Shown: piece by piece, positions 1-9,800 of the stretch
How positions within the stretch are numbered: position 1 is the first letter of the stretch
Layout: each line of letters begins with the position of its first letter
IMG/VR virus record: IMGVR_UViG_3300037067_005519
Location: 1 to 64,000 of that record
Reading direction: 5' to 3' (one strand)
DNA from: a virus
Taxonomy: Duplodnaviria; Caudoviricetes
DNA length: 64,000 bases
Notes under the pieces: model-generated
What the model saw: only the letters and a program-made list of their open reading frames with translations
Databases searched by the model: none
What the model was told of the DNA's origin: nothing
Made by a program: the position numbers and the translations under genes

Positions 1-329
1 GGGGAGGGCAGGAAGAGCGGGGGAGCAAGAGGCGCGCGAAGAGGGCAGCGCTTAGGCAAGAGGGCAGGGAGGGCAGCACAATCGGCACAACCAGCAAGTA
101 GGGTAAACCCCAACTATGGCGCGCATCTAACCGCGCGCGTGTTATTCGCGCCATCCTGATAACCTGATAATATGATAATTATCATATCATTCCCTCTAAT
201 TCCTAAAATCAGATATAGGCGCGCATATCAGGGTAATATGGGCGAGTGTACTTTATCATGCCCTCCCATTGCTGCAAGTCTGCAATCTGCAATAGGTTAG
301 GTCAATTTAGTGGTGTATCATAGCCCTTT

Positions 330-800
330 ATCATCTTATCAGCAAGAGGGCAGCAAGAGCGGGGCGGGTTTGCCCTGCCCTTGCTTGACAACAATGCTGC
401 CCCATTGTTGCCCCCGCCCTTGCCCTTGCGTCAAGGCGGGAAGAGGCGGCGCGGGTTGCCCCGCTCTTGTTTGCTGCCCCTCTTGCCCTGCCCTATCGAC
501 GGGGAAGAGGCGGGGCAATGCTGCCCCATACTGCCCCGCCCTTGTTTGCTGCCCTGCCCTTGTGGTCAAGAGGCGGGGCAGAATTGCAAGCAATTGCCCC
601 GCCTTGCTGCCCCGCCTTGCTGCGCACCACCCCGCGCGAATCATCCGGGGAAGTCTGCCCCGCCTTGTTTGCTGCCCTTGCCCTTGCTGCCCTTGTGGGC
701 TATCGGGTCAAGGGCGGGGCAAGCAAGGGGCAAGCAAGGGGCAAGCAAGGGGCGGGGCGGGGTTCCCTTGTTTGCTGCCCTGCCCTTGTTTGCGGGGTGG
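330..800. repeat. Low-complexity repeat tract (TTGCCC/TTGCTGCCC/GCAAGGG vocabulary)
   Basis: Dense imperfect repeats of ttgccc, cccgcc, cttgtttgctgccc and their complements gcaagggg. The overlapping long ORFs are P/C/A/L-rich shadows. Confidence 0.8.
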
Positions 801-851
801 GATTGTACGGGCGCGCTCTTCCGCATTCTGCCGAATTCCGAATTCATCCGG

Positions 852-880
852 TTGACAACAATGCTGCCCCATACTACGGT
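852..880 (+). promoter_or_regulatory. sigma70-type promoter with ACAATGCTGCCCCAT box
   Basis: TTGACA-17 nt (acaatgctgccccatac)-TACGGT, followed by an RBS and ATG at 904. Confidence 0.55.
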
Positions 881-903
881 TTAGATAGGAAGGGGAAGCA
901 ATC

Positions 904-1008
904 ATGCCAGACGGGAAAAGGAAGCGCAGAACACGGGATACAATCCGCAAGCTATGGTATGCCCGATGGCGCGCTATCCGGTTTAATCGCCGTTTCGGCC
1001 TAGCCTAG
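904..1008 (+). CDS. Small basic hypothetical protein (34 aa)
   Basis: Hand-translated MPDGKRKRRTRDTIRKLWYARW...; purine-rich RBS; first gene after promoter. Confidence 0.45.
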   Translation: MPDGKRKRRTRDTIRKLWYARWRAIRFNRRFGLA

Positions 1009-1021
1009 AAAGGGAAACACA

Positions 1022-1183
1022 ATGCGGTATAGAATCATTGCCAGAATGGACAATCAGGAAACCTTAGCGGGTTTCGCGCGCCCTGATAGCGCTTGCAAAG
1101 TCTGCTATCGGTTGCCCTTGCTTGCTTACGTGGTCGATACTTGGACGGGGCAGACTCTAGCAGAGAATTGGCGATTGCCATAG
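1022..1183 (+). CDS. Hypothetical protein (53 aa)
   Basis: Hand-translated MRYRIIARMDNQETLAGF...; RBS aaaggga; tight gene packing. Confidence 0.6.
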   Translation: MRYRIIARMDNQETLAGFARPDSACKVCYRLPLLAYVVDTWTGQTLAENWRLP

Positions 1184-1196
1184 AAGGGGGGACACA

Positions 1197-1364
1197 ATGC
1201 GGCCGATTCTCACAAGGGGCGATTTAGCGCTATGGTATAGCCCCGACGATAGGGGCTATTATTGGCAAGATTGCAAGGGGTGGGGCAATCTGACAAGCAA
1301 GGTATTCCGCACACAAGGGGGCGCGCTGCGCGCCTACAATCGGGGCAATCTGCGCTTGACCTAG
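1197..1364 (+). CDS. Hypothetical protein (55 aa)
   Basis: Hand-translated MRPILTRGDLALWYSPDDRGYYWQD...; RBS aaggggg. Confidence 0.6.
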   Translation: MRPILTRGDLALWYSPDDRGYYWQDCKGWGNLTSKVFRTQGGALRAYNRGNLRLT

Positions 1365-1398
1365 GGGAATTCAGAATTCGGAATTCTTGAATTTGAAT

Positions 1399-1427
1399 TT
1401 GACAACAATGCTGCCCCATAGTATGGT
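1399..1427 (+). promoter_or_regulatory. sigma70-type promoter with ACAATG-N6-CATAGT box
   Basis: TTGACA-acaatgctgccccatag (17 nt)-TATGGT; AT-rich gaattc/ttgaatt repeats upstream; RBS and ATG at 1452. Confidence 0.65.
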
Positions 1428-1451
1428 TTAATAGAAGGGGAGGGAAGAGCA

Positions 1452-1652
1452 ATGGATACACTCGACACAAGAGAAGTAGAATGGATACCCGCGCAATGGA
1501 TAGAGCTAGCTTGCTGGAATCGGCCGATGGTTTGCTTTTCGCGCACCATCCGAATTCCCCGCCATGATAGGCGGGTTGCCGATAGGCGCGCCCCACAAGA
1601 GCGCGCCCCGTCGATTGTCGAAACAATGCTTGCCGATCTAATCGCGCGATAA
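1452..1652 (+). CDS. Hypothetical protein
   Basis: ORF track; RBS ggaggg; follows promoter. Confidence 0.55.
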   Translation: MDTLDTREVEWIPAQWIELACWNRPMVCFSRTIRIPRHDRRVADRRAPQERAPSIVETMLADLIAR

Positions 1653-1662
1653 GGGGAGAATC

Positions 1663-1866
1663 ATGGGAAGCAATTTTGCGGTTTGCTGTTATCTTGACGG
1701 GGTATTCTTTGTATGGCGCGCGGCCGATTGCGGGTGGGTTTCGGTTTGCGAATCATGGGCGCAGACTTTGCCCATTGCTACCCGATACCCGCTAGGCGCA
1801 GCGCAGACAATCTTGACCCGTATGGCGCAGCAATTCCCTTGCTGCCCTTGTTTCCTAGTCGTTTAG
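1663..1866 (+). CDS. Hypothetical protein
   Basis: ORF track; RBS ggggag. Confidence 0.5.
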   Translation: MGSNFAVCCYLDGVFFVWRAADCGWVSVCESWAQTLPIATRYPLGAAQTILTRMAQQFPCCPCFLVV

Positions 1867-1897
1867 TCAACCACAACCACACAAGAGGGGAAAAGCA

Positions 1898-2062
1898 ATG
1901 TCCCGAAAACATTTTACCGCCCTTGCGCAAGCAATCGCCGAAATTTCAGACTTGGAAGAGCGGGGCAGGGCAGCGCGCCTTATCGCCGATGTTTGCGCGG
2001 CAAGCAATGGGCGGTTTGATCGGCAGCGCTTCTATCATGCTTGCGGGGTGAACAATGCTTGA
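1898..2062 (+). CDS. Small conserved phage protein (xRKxF...NxRFDxxRFxxACG type)
   Basis: Hand-translated MSRKHFTALAQAIAE...SNGRFDRQRFYHACGV; preceded by CACAAC leader and RBS. Confidence 0.7.
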   Translation: MSRKHFTALAQAIAEISDLEERGRAARLIADVCAASNGRFDRQRFYHACGVNNA

Positions 2063-2396
2063 AATTCACCCTAGCAGACTCCACAACCGGGAAGAGCGCG
2101 CCCTAGCAAAGTTAGCGCGAATAGCGCGGGGCGATTGCTGGCAAGGCGGGGCAAGGGCTAGCGTAATCGCCGATAGGCTAGCGAATATGGGCGCGCCGCA
2201 ATACCTTGACGTAGTTAGCGCGGCATATACGAATTCGCGCGGGGAAGCGCGGGAATACCTTGCTTATGAGTGTCCAGAATGCGGCGCGCCTTGCTTAGGG
2301 GAAAGCGCGGCCGCGCAGCATTGCCAGCAAGAGGAAGAATGGCAAGAGGAAGAGCAAGAGGCGGAAGAGGAAGAGGCGGAAGAGGAAGAGGGCTAG
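2055..2396 (+). CDS. Zn-finger protein with poly-Glu tail
   Basis: YECPECG...HC motif; C-terminus EEEWQEEEQEAEEEEAEEEEG. Confidence 0.7.
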   Translation: MLEIHPSRLHNREERALAKLARIARGDCWQGGARASVIADRLANMGAPQYLDVVSAAYTNSRGEAREYLAYECPECGAPCLGESAAAQHCQQEEEWQEEEQEAEEEEAEEEEG

Positions 2397-2439
2397 CAGA
2401 CTCTACACAACCACAACCACAACCACAAGAGGCGGAACA

Positions 2440-2961
2440 ATGCCGAATTACAATACCACAACCGGAATTCCCTATGGGGTATTGTCGGGGAACAATTGCC
2501 CCGAATTGCTTGACGATATTATGAGCAATGGCGATAGCTTGACCTATCGCGCTTGGAAGGAAGAGCTAGGCGAATCCGTCAAGGGCGCAATCGTCGGGGC
2601 TATCGACGATTACACTTGCCGCGCGGCCGCAATCGTCGATTCTCTGGACATTGCCGAAATTGTCGATAGCTTGCTTGACGGGGGGCTAGGGGATGATTGG
2701 CAATCGGAAGAGGAAGAATACGAATACGAATACACCACCCCGCGCGGCAAAGTTAAATTGCTTATGGGGTGGTTAGGGGGCGCGCCTCTTGTTTGGGTTT
2801 GCGAATCCCCATACGTTGCGAATTGTCGGGGGTGTTCCCCTTGTGTTCCGGGGGCAGGGGATTTAGATACACCCGATACGGATGGTATGCAAGCATATTG
2901 CTTGCCCCCGGATGATATGCCCGATGATTGGCAAGGGGAAGCGCGCTTGATAGAGGGCTAG
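2440..2961 (+). CDS. Conserved acidic phage protein
   Basis: TGIPYGV...WLGGAPLVWV..SPY...CSPCVPGAGDLD motif, recalled from uncharacterised phage early proteins. Confidence 0.75.
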   Translation: MPNYNTTTGIPYGVLSGNNCPELLDDIMSNGDSLTYRAWKEELGESVKGAIVGAIDDYTCRAAAIVDSLDIAEIVDSLLDGGLGDDWQSEEEEYEYEYTTPRGKVKLLMGWLGGAPLVWVCESPYVANCRGCSPCVPGAGDLDTPDTDGMQAYCLPPDDMPDDWQGEARLIEG

Positions 2962-3024
2962 CAGACTCCACAACCACACAACCACAACCACAACCACAAC
3001 CACACAACCACAAGAGGGAAAACA

Positions 3025-3423
3025 ATGCTTGCAACCATTCTACACTCTGAAAAGGATAGCGAATCGGCGCGCCTTGCCGCGCTTGACGAATTCACCCGCG
3101 CTTATGTCGAGTGCGCGCTATGGTCAAGTATCGACGATAGCGGGGAACCCCTTGACAAGAGCAAAAGCGCGGGGGACATTGCCCCCGAAACCTTGCTTGC
3201 AATGGCGGAAGATTGCAAGCAATTCCAGCAAGCTAACTACCGCATGATTGCGGCCGATCTATCCCGCGCGGGTTTCCATTTCTGGTTGACCCGCAACCAT
3301 CATGGGGCAGGGTATTGGGATGGTGATTATTCGCGCAAGATAGGGCAGATATTGACCGATCGCGCGCAAGAATTCGGGGAGTGTTCCCTATACGTCGGGG
3401 ATGATTCGCTAGTATACTGCTAG
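3025..3423 (+). CDS. Conserved phage protein (FWLTRNxHGAGxWD family)
   Basis: AYVECALWSS...GFHFWLTRNHHGAGYWDG motif. Confidence 0.8.
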   Translation: MLATILHSEKDSESARLAALDEFTRAYVECALWSSIDDSGEPLDKSKSAGDIAPETLLAMAEDCKQFQQANYRMIAADLSRAGFHFWLTRNHHGAGYWDGDYSRKIGQILTDRAQEFGECSLYVGDDSLVYC

Positions 3424-3484
3424 CAGACTCCACAACCACACAACCACAACCACAACCACAACCACAAGAGCAAGAGGGAAAACA

Positions 3485-3949
3485 ATGCTTGCAACAATGC
3501 CAGCAATCAGGGCGCGCGGGGAATTCGATAGCGCTTGCAATCATGCGGCGCGCTATGCGAATCGACACAACCGGGGGCTAGAAGGGGCGGAAGAATTCTT
3601 GCGCCGCGCGGGGTGGGGCGCGCAGACTTTCGGGATAGAATACGTCGATTGCGCGGGGCGGGAATTGGCGTATCTGAATACGGGGGAAACCTATGATCTA
3701 ACCATAGGGCAGGAAGGGGAGGGGGAAGTATTTTCTACATCATGGGGCGGATGGTTGGAAGAGGCGGAAAGCGCGCATTGTGAAGAGGAAGGGGTTATTC
3801 GTTGCGGGTATTGCGGGGAGTTTACCCCGATGGAAGAGGGCGCAGACTGGCATGATACGGTTTGCGAATCATGCGGCCGATACGTCGATAGTGGCGAATT
3901 GCCAGAGAAGGAAAAGGAAGAGGAAGAGGCGGAAGAGGAAGAGGGCTAG
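3485..3949 (+). CDS. Acidic Zn-ribbon protein with poly-Glu tail
   Basis: YLNTGETYDLT, CGYCG...CESCG; ends EKEEEEAEEEEG. Confidence 0.75.
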   Translation: MLATMPAIRARGEFDSACNHAARYANRHNRGLEGAEEFLRRAGWGAQTFGIEYVDCAGRELAYLNTGETYDLTIGQEGEGEVFSTSWGGWLEEAESAHCEEEGVIRCGYCGEFTPMEEGADWHDTVCESCGRYVDSGELPEKEKEEEEAEEEEG

Positions 3950-3998
3950 CAGACTCCACAACCACAACCACACAACCACACAACCACAAGGGCAAGCT

Positions 3999-4523
3999 AT
4001 GTTTAATCGCGCAGAGTATACGCTAGAATCGGGGCGTTTAATGTCCTATGCTTTTCCGGGGGGCTATCCGATTTACTACCTTGCGAAAGATTGCGGGGTA
4101 TTGTGTCCAGAGTGCGCGGGGTTGCCAGAGTGCGCGCAAGCTAGCCCCGATGATTCGCAATGGTATCTTATCGGGGCAGAATGCAATTATGAGAATCCCG
4201 CGCTTAGTTGCGACCATTGCGGGAAGCGCATAGAATCCGCCTATTGTGAAGAGGCGGAAGAGCAAGAGGCGGGGCAGGGCAGCAAGGCGGAAGAGGCGGA
4301 AGAGGCGGAAGAGCAAGAGGCGGAAAATTTGGATTGTATGCCGCTATCAGACTTGCAAGCATATTGCCAGCAAGCAAACCACCCCGCGCTCTTGCGGGAA
4401 TATGCGGCAACAAAAGCGCGCGCCATCGAAACCCGCCTTGCGGGTTTAATCCCGCAAGCGCTGCAATGGGAAAGCGCTTGCGACAATCTTTATAAGCTAC
4501 TCCCCAGCAATCTAAAATGGTAG
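3999..4523 (+). CDS. Conserved phage Zn-binding protein (YAxPGGYP family) with acidic linker
   Basis: YAFPGGYPIYY...LCPEC...CDHCGKRIESAY; start placed after the CACAAC leader. Confidence 0.75.
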   Translation: MFNRAEYTLESGRLMSYAFPGGYPIYYLAKDCGVLCPECAGLPECAQASPDDSQWYLIGAECNYENPALSCDHCGKRIESAYCEEAEEQEAGQGSKAEEAEEAEEQEAENLDCMPLSDLQAYCQQANHPALLREYAATKARAIETRLAGLIPQALQWESACDNLYKLLPSNLKW

Positions 4524-4600
4524 CAAGTGCGCGCGGGGTTCCCCTTGCCCTTGACAAGGGCAACCCCGCGCAGACTCCACAACCACACAAGAGGGAAGCA

Positions 4601-4900
4601 ATGGACACAACCACAATGGAAGCAATGGACACAACCGAAACCCCCGTATTGTTTCGGGTCGATAAGGGCGGGGAAGTATTCGCGCTCTTCCCGTCGATTG
4701 CGGCCGATCTATCCGGGCATTGCTCTTGCTATCAGCATATAGGGCAGCATTGCGCGGCCGATTACGGGGGATGTATGCGGGAAAGCAAACCCGCAACCCC
4801 CGCGCAGTATGCCGCGCTTGCGGAAGAGCTAAGGGGGCGGGGCTATCGGTTGCGGGTGGTGCGCAGACAATCGGCCGCAATGCGCAAGCAATGCCGATAG
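4601..4900 (+). CDS. Conserved phage protein (VxFR...ALFP...YxHxGQH family)
   Basis: PVLFRVDKGGEVFALFP...CYQHIGQH...ATPAQYAALAEELRGRGY. Confidence 0.8.
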   Translation: MDTTTMEAMDTTETPVLFRVDKGGEVFALFPSIAADLSGHCSCYQHIGQHCAADYGGCMRESKPATPAQYAALAEELRGRGYRLRVVRRQSAAMRKQCR

Positions 4901-4969
4901 GGCGCAGACTCGACAACCACAACCACACAACCACAACCACACAACCACACAACCACAAGAGGCGCAGCA

Positions 4970-5146
4970 ATGCCGAAACCCCATAGGAAAGAATTGATAG
5001 AGGCAATCGAAACCCTATTGATATGGGCCACAAGAGGAAACAAGGCGGGGAACCCCTATTGCAAGGCGGAAATAGAGCAAGCATTGCGCTTGCTTGCGCA
5101 AGAGCGGGGATTGTCTGCCGATTGCTGGTTAGACTTGGACATATAG
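4970..5146 (+). CDS. Hypothetical protein (58 aa)
   Basis: Hand-translated MPKPHRKELIEAIETLLIWATRGNKAGNPYCK...; follows CACAAC leader. Confidence 0.65.
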   Translation: MPKPHRKELIEAIETLLIWATRGNKAGNPYCKAEIEQALRLLAQERGLSADCWLDLDI

Positions 5147-5159
5147 GGCGGGGCAGGAA

Positions 5160-5445
5160 GAGCAAGGGCGCAGACTCCCCGCGCAGACTTCGCAACCACT
5201 AGGGCGCAGACTCCCCGCGCGGGAAGCGCGCAGACTCGACACAACCACAAGGGAAGAGCGGGGCGCAGACTCCCCGCGCAGACTCGACACAACCACACAA
5301 GGGAAGAGCGGGGCGCAGACTCCCCGCGCAGACTCGACAAGAGGCGGGGCGCAGACTCCCCGCGCAGACTTCGCAACCACAACCACAAGGCGCAAGCTAT
5401 GCCCGATACACTCCCCGCGCAGACTCCCCGCGCAGACTCCCCGCC
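5160..5445 (+). repeat. Tandem cluster of GCGCAGACTCCCCGCGCAGACT units without intervening genes
   Basis: About 12 CAGACT copies in under 300 bp, several followed by short cacaaccac runs and gggaagagcg. Confidence 0.9.
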
Positions 5446-5790
5446 CATTGCCCCGCCTTGCTGCCCTTGCTCTTGCTGCCCTGCCCCGCCTTGCTCTTCC
5501 CGCCTTGCTCTTGCTGCCCTGCCCCGCCTTGCCGATCTATCGCCCCGCCTTGCTGCCCTCTTGCTGCCCTGCCCTCTTGCTGCCCTCTTGCTTGCTCTTG
5601 CTGCCCTCTTGCTGCCCTGCCCCGCCTTGCCCTATTCTAGCCCCGCTCTTGCCCCGCCTTGCTCTTGCTTTGCTGCCCTGCCCCATTGCTGCCCTTGCCC
5701 CGCCCCGCTCTTCCTAGCCCCGCTCTTGCTTGCCAGCAAGAGGGCAGCAAGAGGGCAGCAAGAGGGCAGCAAGAGGGCAGCAAGGGAACC
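5446..5790. repeat. Low-complexity tract ending in inverted (CAGCAAGAGGG)n
   Basis: ccctcttgctg repeats at about 5556-5615 are complementary to the cagcaagaggg tandem at about 5735-5785. Confidence 0.8.
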
Positions 5791-6114
5791 CCGCGCAGAC
5801 TCCCCGCCCCTATGCCGATTGCGCGGCATTGTCCGATTGCCCGATGGTAGCGGGTTGACCGGGTTTTCCGGTTGTGCCGATCGTAGGGATTCTGTCGAGT
5901 CTGCCGGTTGTGCCGATTGGCCGATTTTGTCCAACATGCCGGTCGCCCGGCCCTTTAACCGGGCGCGAAAAACCGCTAAGGTCGCGCAACCGGAACGGAA
6001 AATCTGCTAAGGGGCGGCGGCCGAAAATTGCCGGCGGCCGGCGGCAACGTGATTCGCATTCCCTGGCGCGTTGTCAAGTCTTGTGTCCGAAAAACTTGAC
6101 AATGCCGGACACAA

Positions 6115-6480
6115 CGGCCGGCGTCGGGCGTCGGGCGGCCGGCGTCGATCTAGCAGCCCGTGGCGGCCCCATGCCGGCGTCGATCCGGGCGGCCCGGTGT
6201 CGGCGGCCGTTTCTTCCGCCCGTCGATCTAGCGGGCCTCTTGTGGCCCCGTGGCGGCCGGCGTCGATCCGGGCGGCCCGGCCGGCGGCCGATCCGGGCGG
6301 CTGGCGGCCGATCCGGGCGGCCGGCTCCTGCCCGTCGCGTCGATCCGGGCGGCCCGGCCCGCGTCGATCCGGCCCGCGTCGGGCGGCCGATCCGGGCGGC
6401 CGGCGTCGATCCGGCCGGCGTCGATCCGGCCGGCGTCGATCTGGCCGGCGTCGGGCGGCCGATCCGGGCGGCCCGCTGTC
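6115..6480. repeat. GC-rich imperfect repeat GGCGTCGATCCGG(G)CGGCC
   Basis: About 13 CGATC-containing units. Confidence 0.85.
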
Positions 6481-6548
6481 AGCCTGGTTGCAGCCTGGTT
6501 GCAGCCTGGTTGTCAGCCTGGTTGTCAGCCTGGTTGTCAGCCTGGTTG
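6480..6548. repeat. Tandem repeat CAGCCTGGTTG(T) x6
   Basis: Six 11-12 bp copies, each containing CCWGG. Confidence 0.95.
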
Positions 6549-6832
6549 CCGGGTCGATCTTATTGGCGTCTTGTGGCGCAAAGTGCCGGCGTCGGGGAAG
6601 CTCGGCAACCGGCCGGCGTCGGGGAAGCTCTAAGCGCATCGAGCGGATAGCGCTAAGCGCCAACGGCCGATAGCGCTAAGCGCCGGCGGCCGTCGCCCTT
6701 GCGCGCCGCTGCGCATAGGGGGACATTTTGTAGCCCTTTCCGCAGACGTGCGCAAGTGGCGCAAAGAGAAGGCCCGGCGGGCAACCACGTCCGCCGGGCC
6801 ACAAGGGAAGCAACCACACACACAACAGACTA

Positions 6833-9800
6833 TCAAAGCCTCTTCACAAACTGTTCTAGCCCCGCAACTCTTGCGCGTTCGGCCTCTTGTTCGGCTCTTG
6901 CCTTGTCAAGTCGGGCCGTCGCCGCTGTCAGATTCTTTTCGGCGGCGTCAACCACGTTGCCCTCTAGCACGTCGGGGTTGCCCAGATAGTGGGCCACGTC
7001 CCAACGGCCATGCTCGGCCAACAGTTTCGACGATACGATGCCTGCCCTTCCCATTGCTATCCTCTGTCAACCAAGTCCCATGTATACACGGGTCGCGTGT
7101 CGCCCGCTCCCCGGAATGCACAACGGACTCCCTTGCCCATGCCCAGCCACACGGCGTAGGCCATTTGATCGTTCGGGTATTCGCTTACGTGGTCGGCGAA
7201 GTACACGCGGGCCTTGCTCACGTCGGCCGCTTCCCATGCCTCTTCCCGCTTGCGGTCAAGGTAGGCCAGCATTTCGGTTTGCCCTAGCGGCGTCAACTGG
7301 TCAAGCTCTACAAAGTGTACCATTATCGGTTGCTCCCATAGTCGCACACGTCGCAAACATCATCGTGGTCGCCGGGGCTACGCGGGTCTTCGCGCGTGCC
7401 GGCGGCGTCAAGGTGTTCGGCCGGGGCGTCTTTGCCGTAGTCGGTTTCGACGTAGCAGCCGCATTGTTTGCACTTCACTAGCATGGTTGTCGTTTTGTGG
7501 TGAATGGTGAAGCCTTGCCGTACCGCGCGATGTTTTCCTTCCGGTGTATCGCGGCAAGTTGTCGGGTTATCCGCTGCCACAACGGCGTTCGGGTTCGCAA
7601 GGCGTCGATTGCCTCTTGCATGATTGCCTTGTCGGCGGCCGTGAAGCTCATAGTTCACTCCCCCGGTATGCTTCCTCTATCTCGGCAATCGCATCGTCGG
7701 TCACAACGGCGGTCACGTCAACGTGAAACCCGCCGGCGCTGCCCTCTGGCAGGAAACCTTCCCGGCACGGCTTGGCAATCATCCGGTCAACGTCGCGCTG
7801 GTCAAAATAGTTTGACGATTCGCATTGGCAATTGCCTTCCCAGATACTTTCGTCCAGCGCTTCGGTTTCATCGTCGGTCAATTCTCGGCTCGCTTCCCAT
7901 TGGGTGCCGAGAAAAGACAAGTAGTAGGAACCGGAAAAGCTACAACAATGCGTCACTTGCCGGCGGTCGAAAACATACACGCCGAAAATGCGCGCCGTCT
8001 TGTCAAGCACGTCGGGGGCAATCCAGTGTTCGCGCTCGTCGATCTTGACAATCCACACGTCGGGCAGCAATTCGACCCGCTCGCCCTCTTCCAAGCCCTC
8101 ATGGTTTCCAAAGCGGCGGTAGATTCGCGGCTCTTTGTCTTGCTCCCACTCTTCCCGCGTATACAACCATCCGCTGTTGTCTTCGCTATCCAAGTGGAGC
8201 AAGGTCACAAGCGCGGGGTCAACGGCCGTTCGGTCGCCGTCTTTGAATTCGGCGGCCTCTGTAATCAGGGCGGCGCTCGGGGTAAACGGTTTCTTTTCGG
8301 TTGCGGTTGTCATGGCGTTTCTTCCCTTGTCACGATGGTAACTGGTTTGCTCCACTCGCCCGTGGGCGAAACCAGTATTGCGGCGCTTTGTGTAAACTTG
8401 CCCCCTGCCCGGTGTTGTATGGTTGTCACTTTTGATCGGTTCGCGGCCCCGCCGGCAAAGACGCGCGTTTCCCCTATCCTCATTTCGCGTAGGGCAGGAT
8501 AGGAAGGAACGGGCAATCTCATTCTTTCACCTTTCGCCCGGTCAACCGTTCGATGGTTTTCCGCGCTTCCTCTTTCGACGGTGGCCCCATGATTCGCGCG
8601 CCCACGTCAGACATTCGCAACGTCTTGTAGGCGATTCGCAACTGGTGTTGCTCCGGTACGCTAAGCTGTTTTGTTTTCATCGTGTTGGGCATTCGCCTTG
8701 CGTGAAGAGGATTGCTTTGTCGTCGTCGGCAATCATCATCCACCCGGCGGCCGTTTCTTCCACGCGGTTGCCCACTCCCTTGTCGGCGGCAAGGATTGCC
8801 CCGGTCAAGAGCGCGGCGTCATGCGGGTTCGGCACTTGGATGGTTTGCACGATGGTTGCCGTGGTTGCGTTTGCCATATACTCTACTATACCACAATGCT
8901 AGCCCATAGTCAAGTCATTTTCCAGAAAATCTAGGGCGGCGTCACGGTCGGGCGTCTTGAATTCGACGTGGAACCGCTTGCCCGATGGTCCTATGTCGGT
9001 TGCGTACACGCGGAACGTGCCGGGGAACCCGGCAAGCTCTGCCATCAAAGCCTCTTCCTCCCCATGTTTGCGGTCGAATCGACGGATAAGCTCGTGCATT
9101 GCTTTCCCCTCCATTGTGGTAAAGTGACTACCTTACACAATGGTAGGAAGCGGGTCAAGGCCCCCTATCCGGCCCACCACTCACGGGCCGCGTTTGTCCA
9201 GTGCGCCCGGCCTCGACAACCACGATTCGCACACGTCAAAGTGGTGTTGGGCGTCTTCCCGGTTGACCGTTCGGGCGGGCCACAATCCGCCGTTCGGGTC
9301 GCGCAGATAGATGCCCGTGAAGCCCGGCGTTTCGTCAAGCAGGGTCACGCCGACAATCTTGTCGGGGTAGGCGGTCAAAGTCGTATGCTGGAATTGTTCG
9401 GGCGCTTGCACTTGCATGGTTCTATCCTATGACTTGTGTGATTGCCGCTTTTCCGATCTTGTATTCGTCGGCGGTCGCTTCTCTCATGCGCCGCTCTTTG
9501 CCGCTTGCGTGCGCGTGTCGCCTATGGCAGATTGTCGGGCCTAGCCCGTGGATTGTCCAGTCGGCATTGCCGCATTCATCGCACACAACTAGCTTTTCGT
9601 TGGGCGTCGGCGTACCGCGAATCTTCCACGTCGGGTAGTCAATTGGCGCGCTCATATCTTGTAGCCCTTATCGTGGAAGTGTTCGCGCCATAGGTCGGTC
9701 ACTTCCTTGTCGCCCTGCCCTTCCGCCGCTTCCACAATCGCGTCTTTGACGTAAGCAAGGCCATCGTCGGTCAACTCGCCGAACAATACGCCGATCTTCC

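Larger units (their letters stand above)
2393..4969 (+). repeat. Dispersed intergenic repeat TAGCAGACTC-(CACAAC/CACACAAC)n-AAGAGG-ATG delimiting consecutive genes
   Basis: Copies at about 2393, 2958, 3421, 3946, 4568 and 4901, with a partial copy at 1866. Each lies between a stop codon and the next ATG. Confidence 0.9.

Noticed and set aside
310-1003. Long ORFs 310-855, 381-884, 467-1003
   Set aside because: Shadow frames of stop-poor low-complexity repeats; no RBS; P/C/A/L-biased
2393-5445. CRISPR array or integron attC array
   Set aside because: Intervals are whole genes of variable length, the repeat contains a microsatellite and lacks attC R/L-box dyad symmetry, and no cas or intI gene is nearby
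5399-6673. ORFs 5399-6010, 5874-6650, 6007-6663, 6071-6673
   Set aside because: Open in several frames on both strands because of GC-rich repeats; not credible genes
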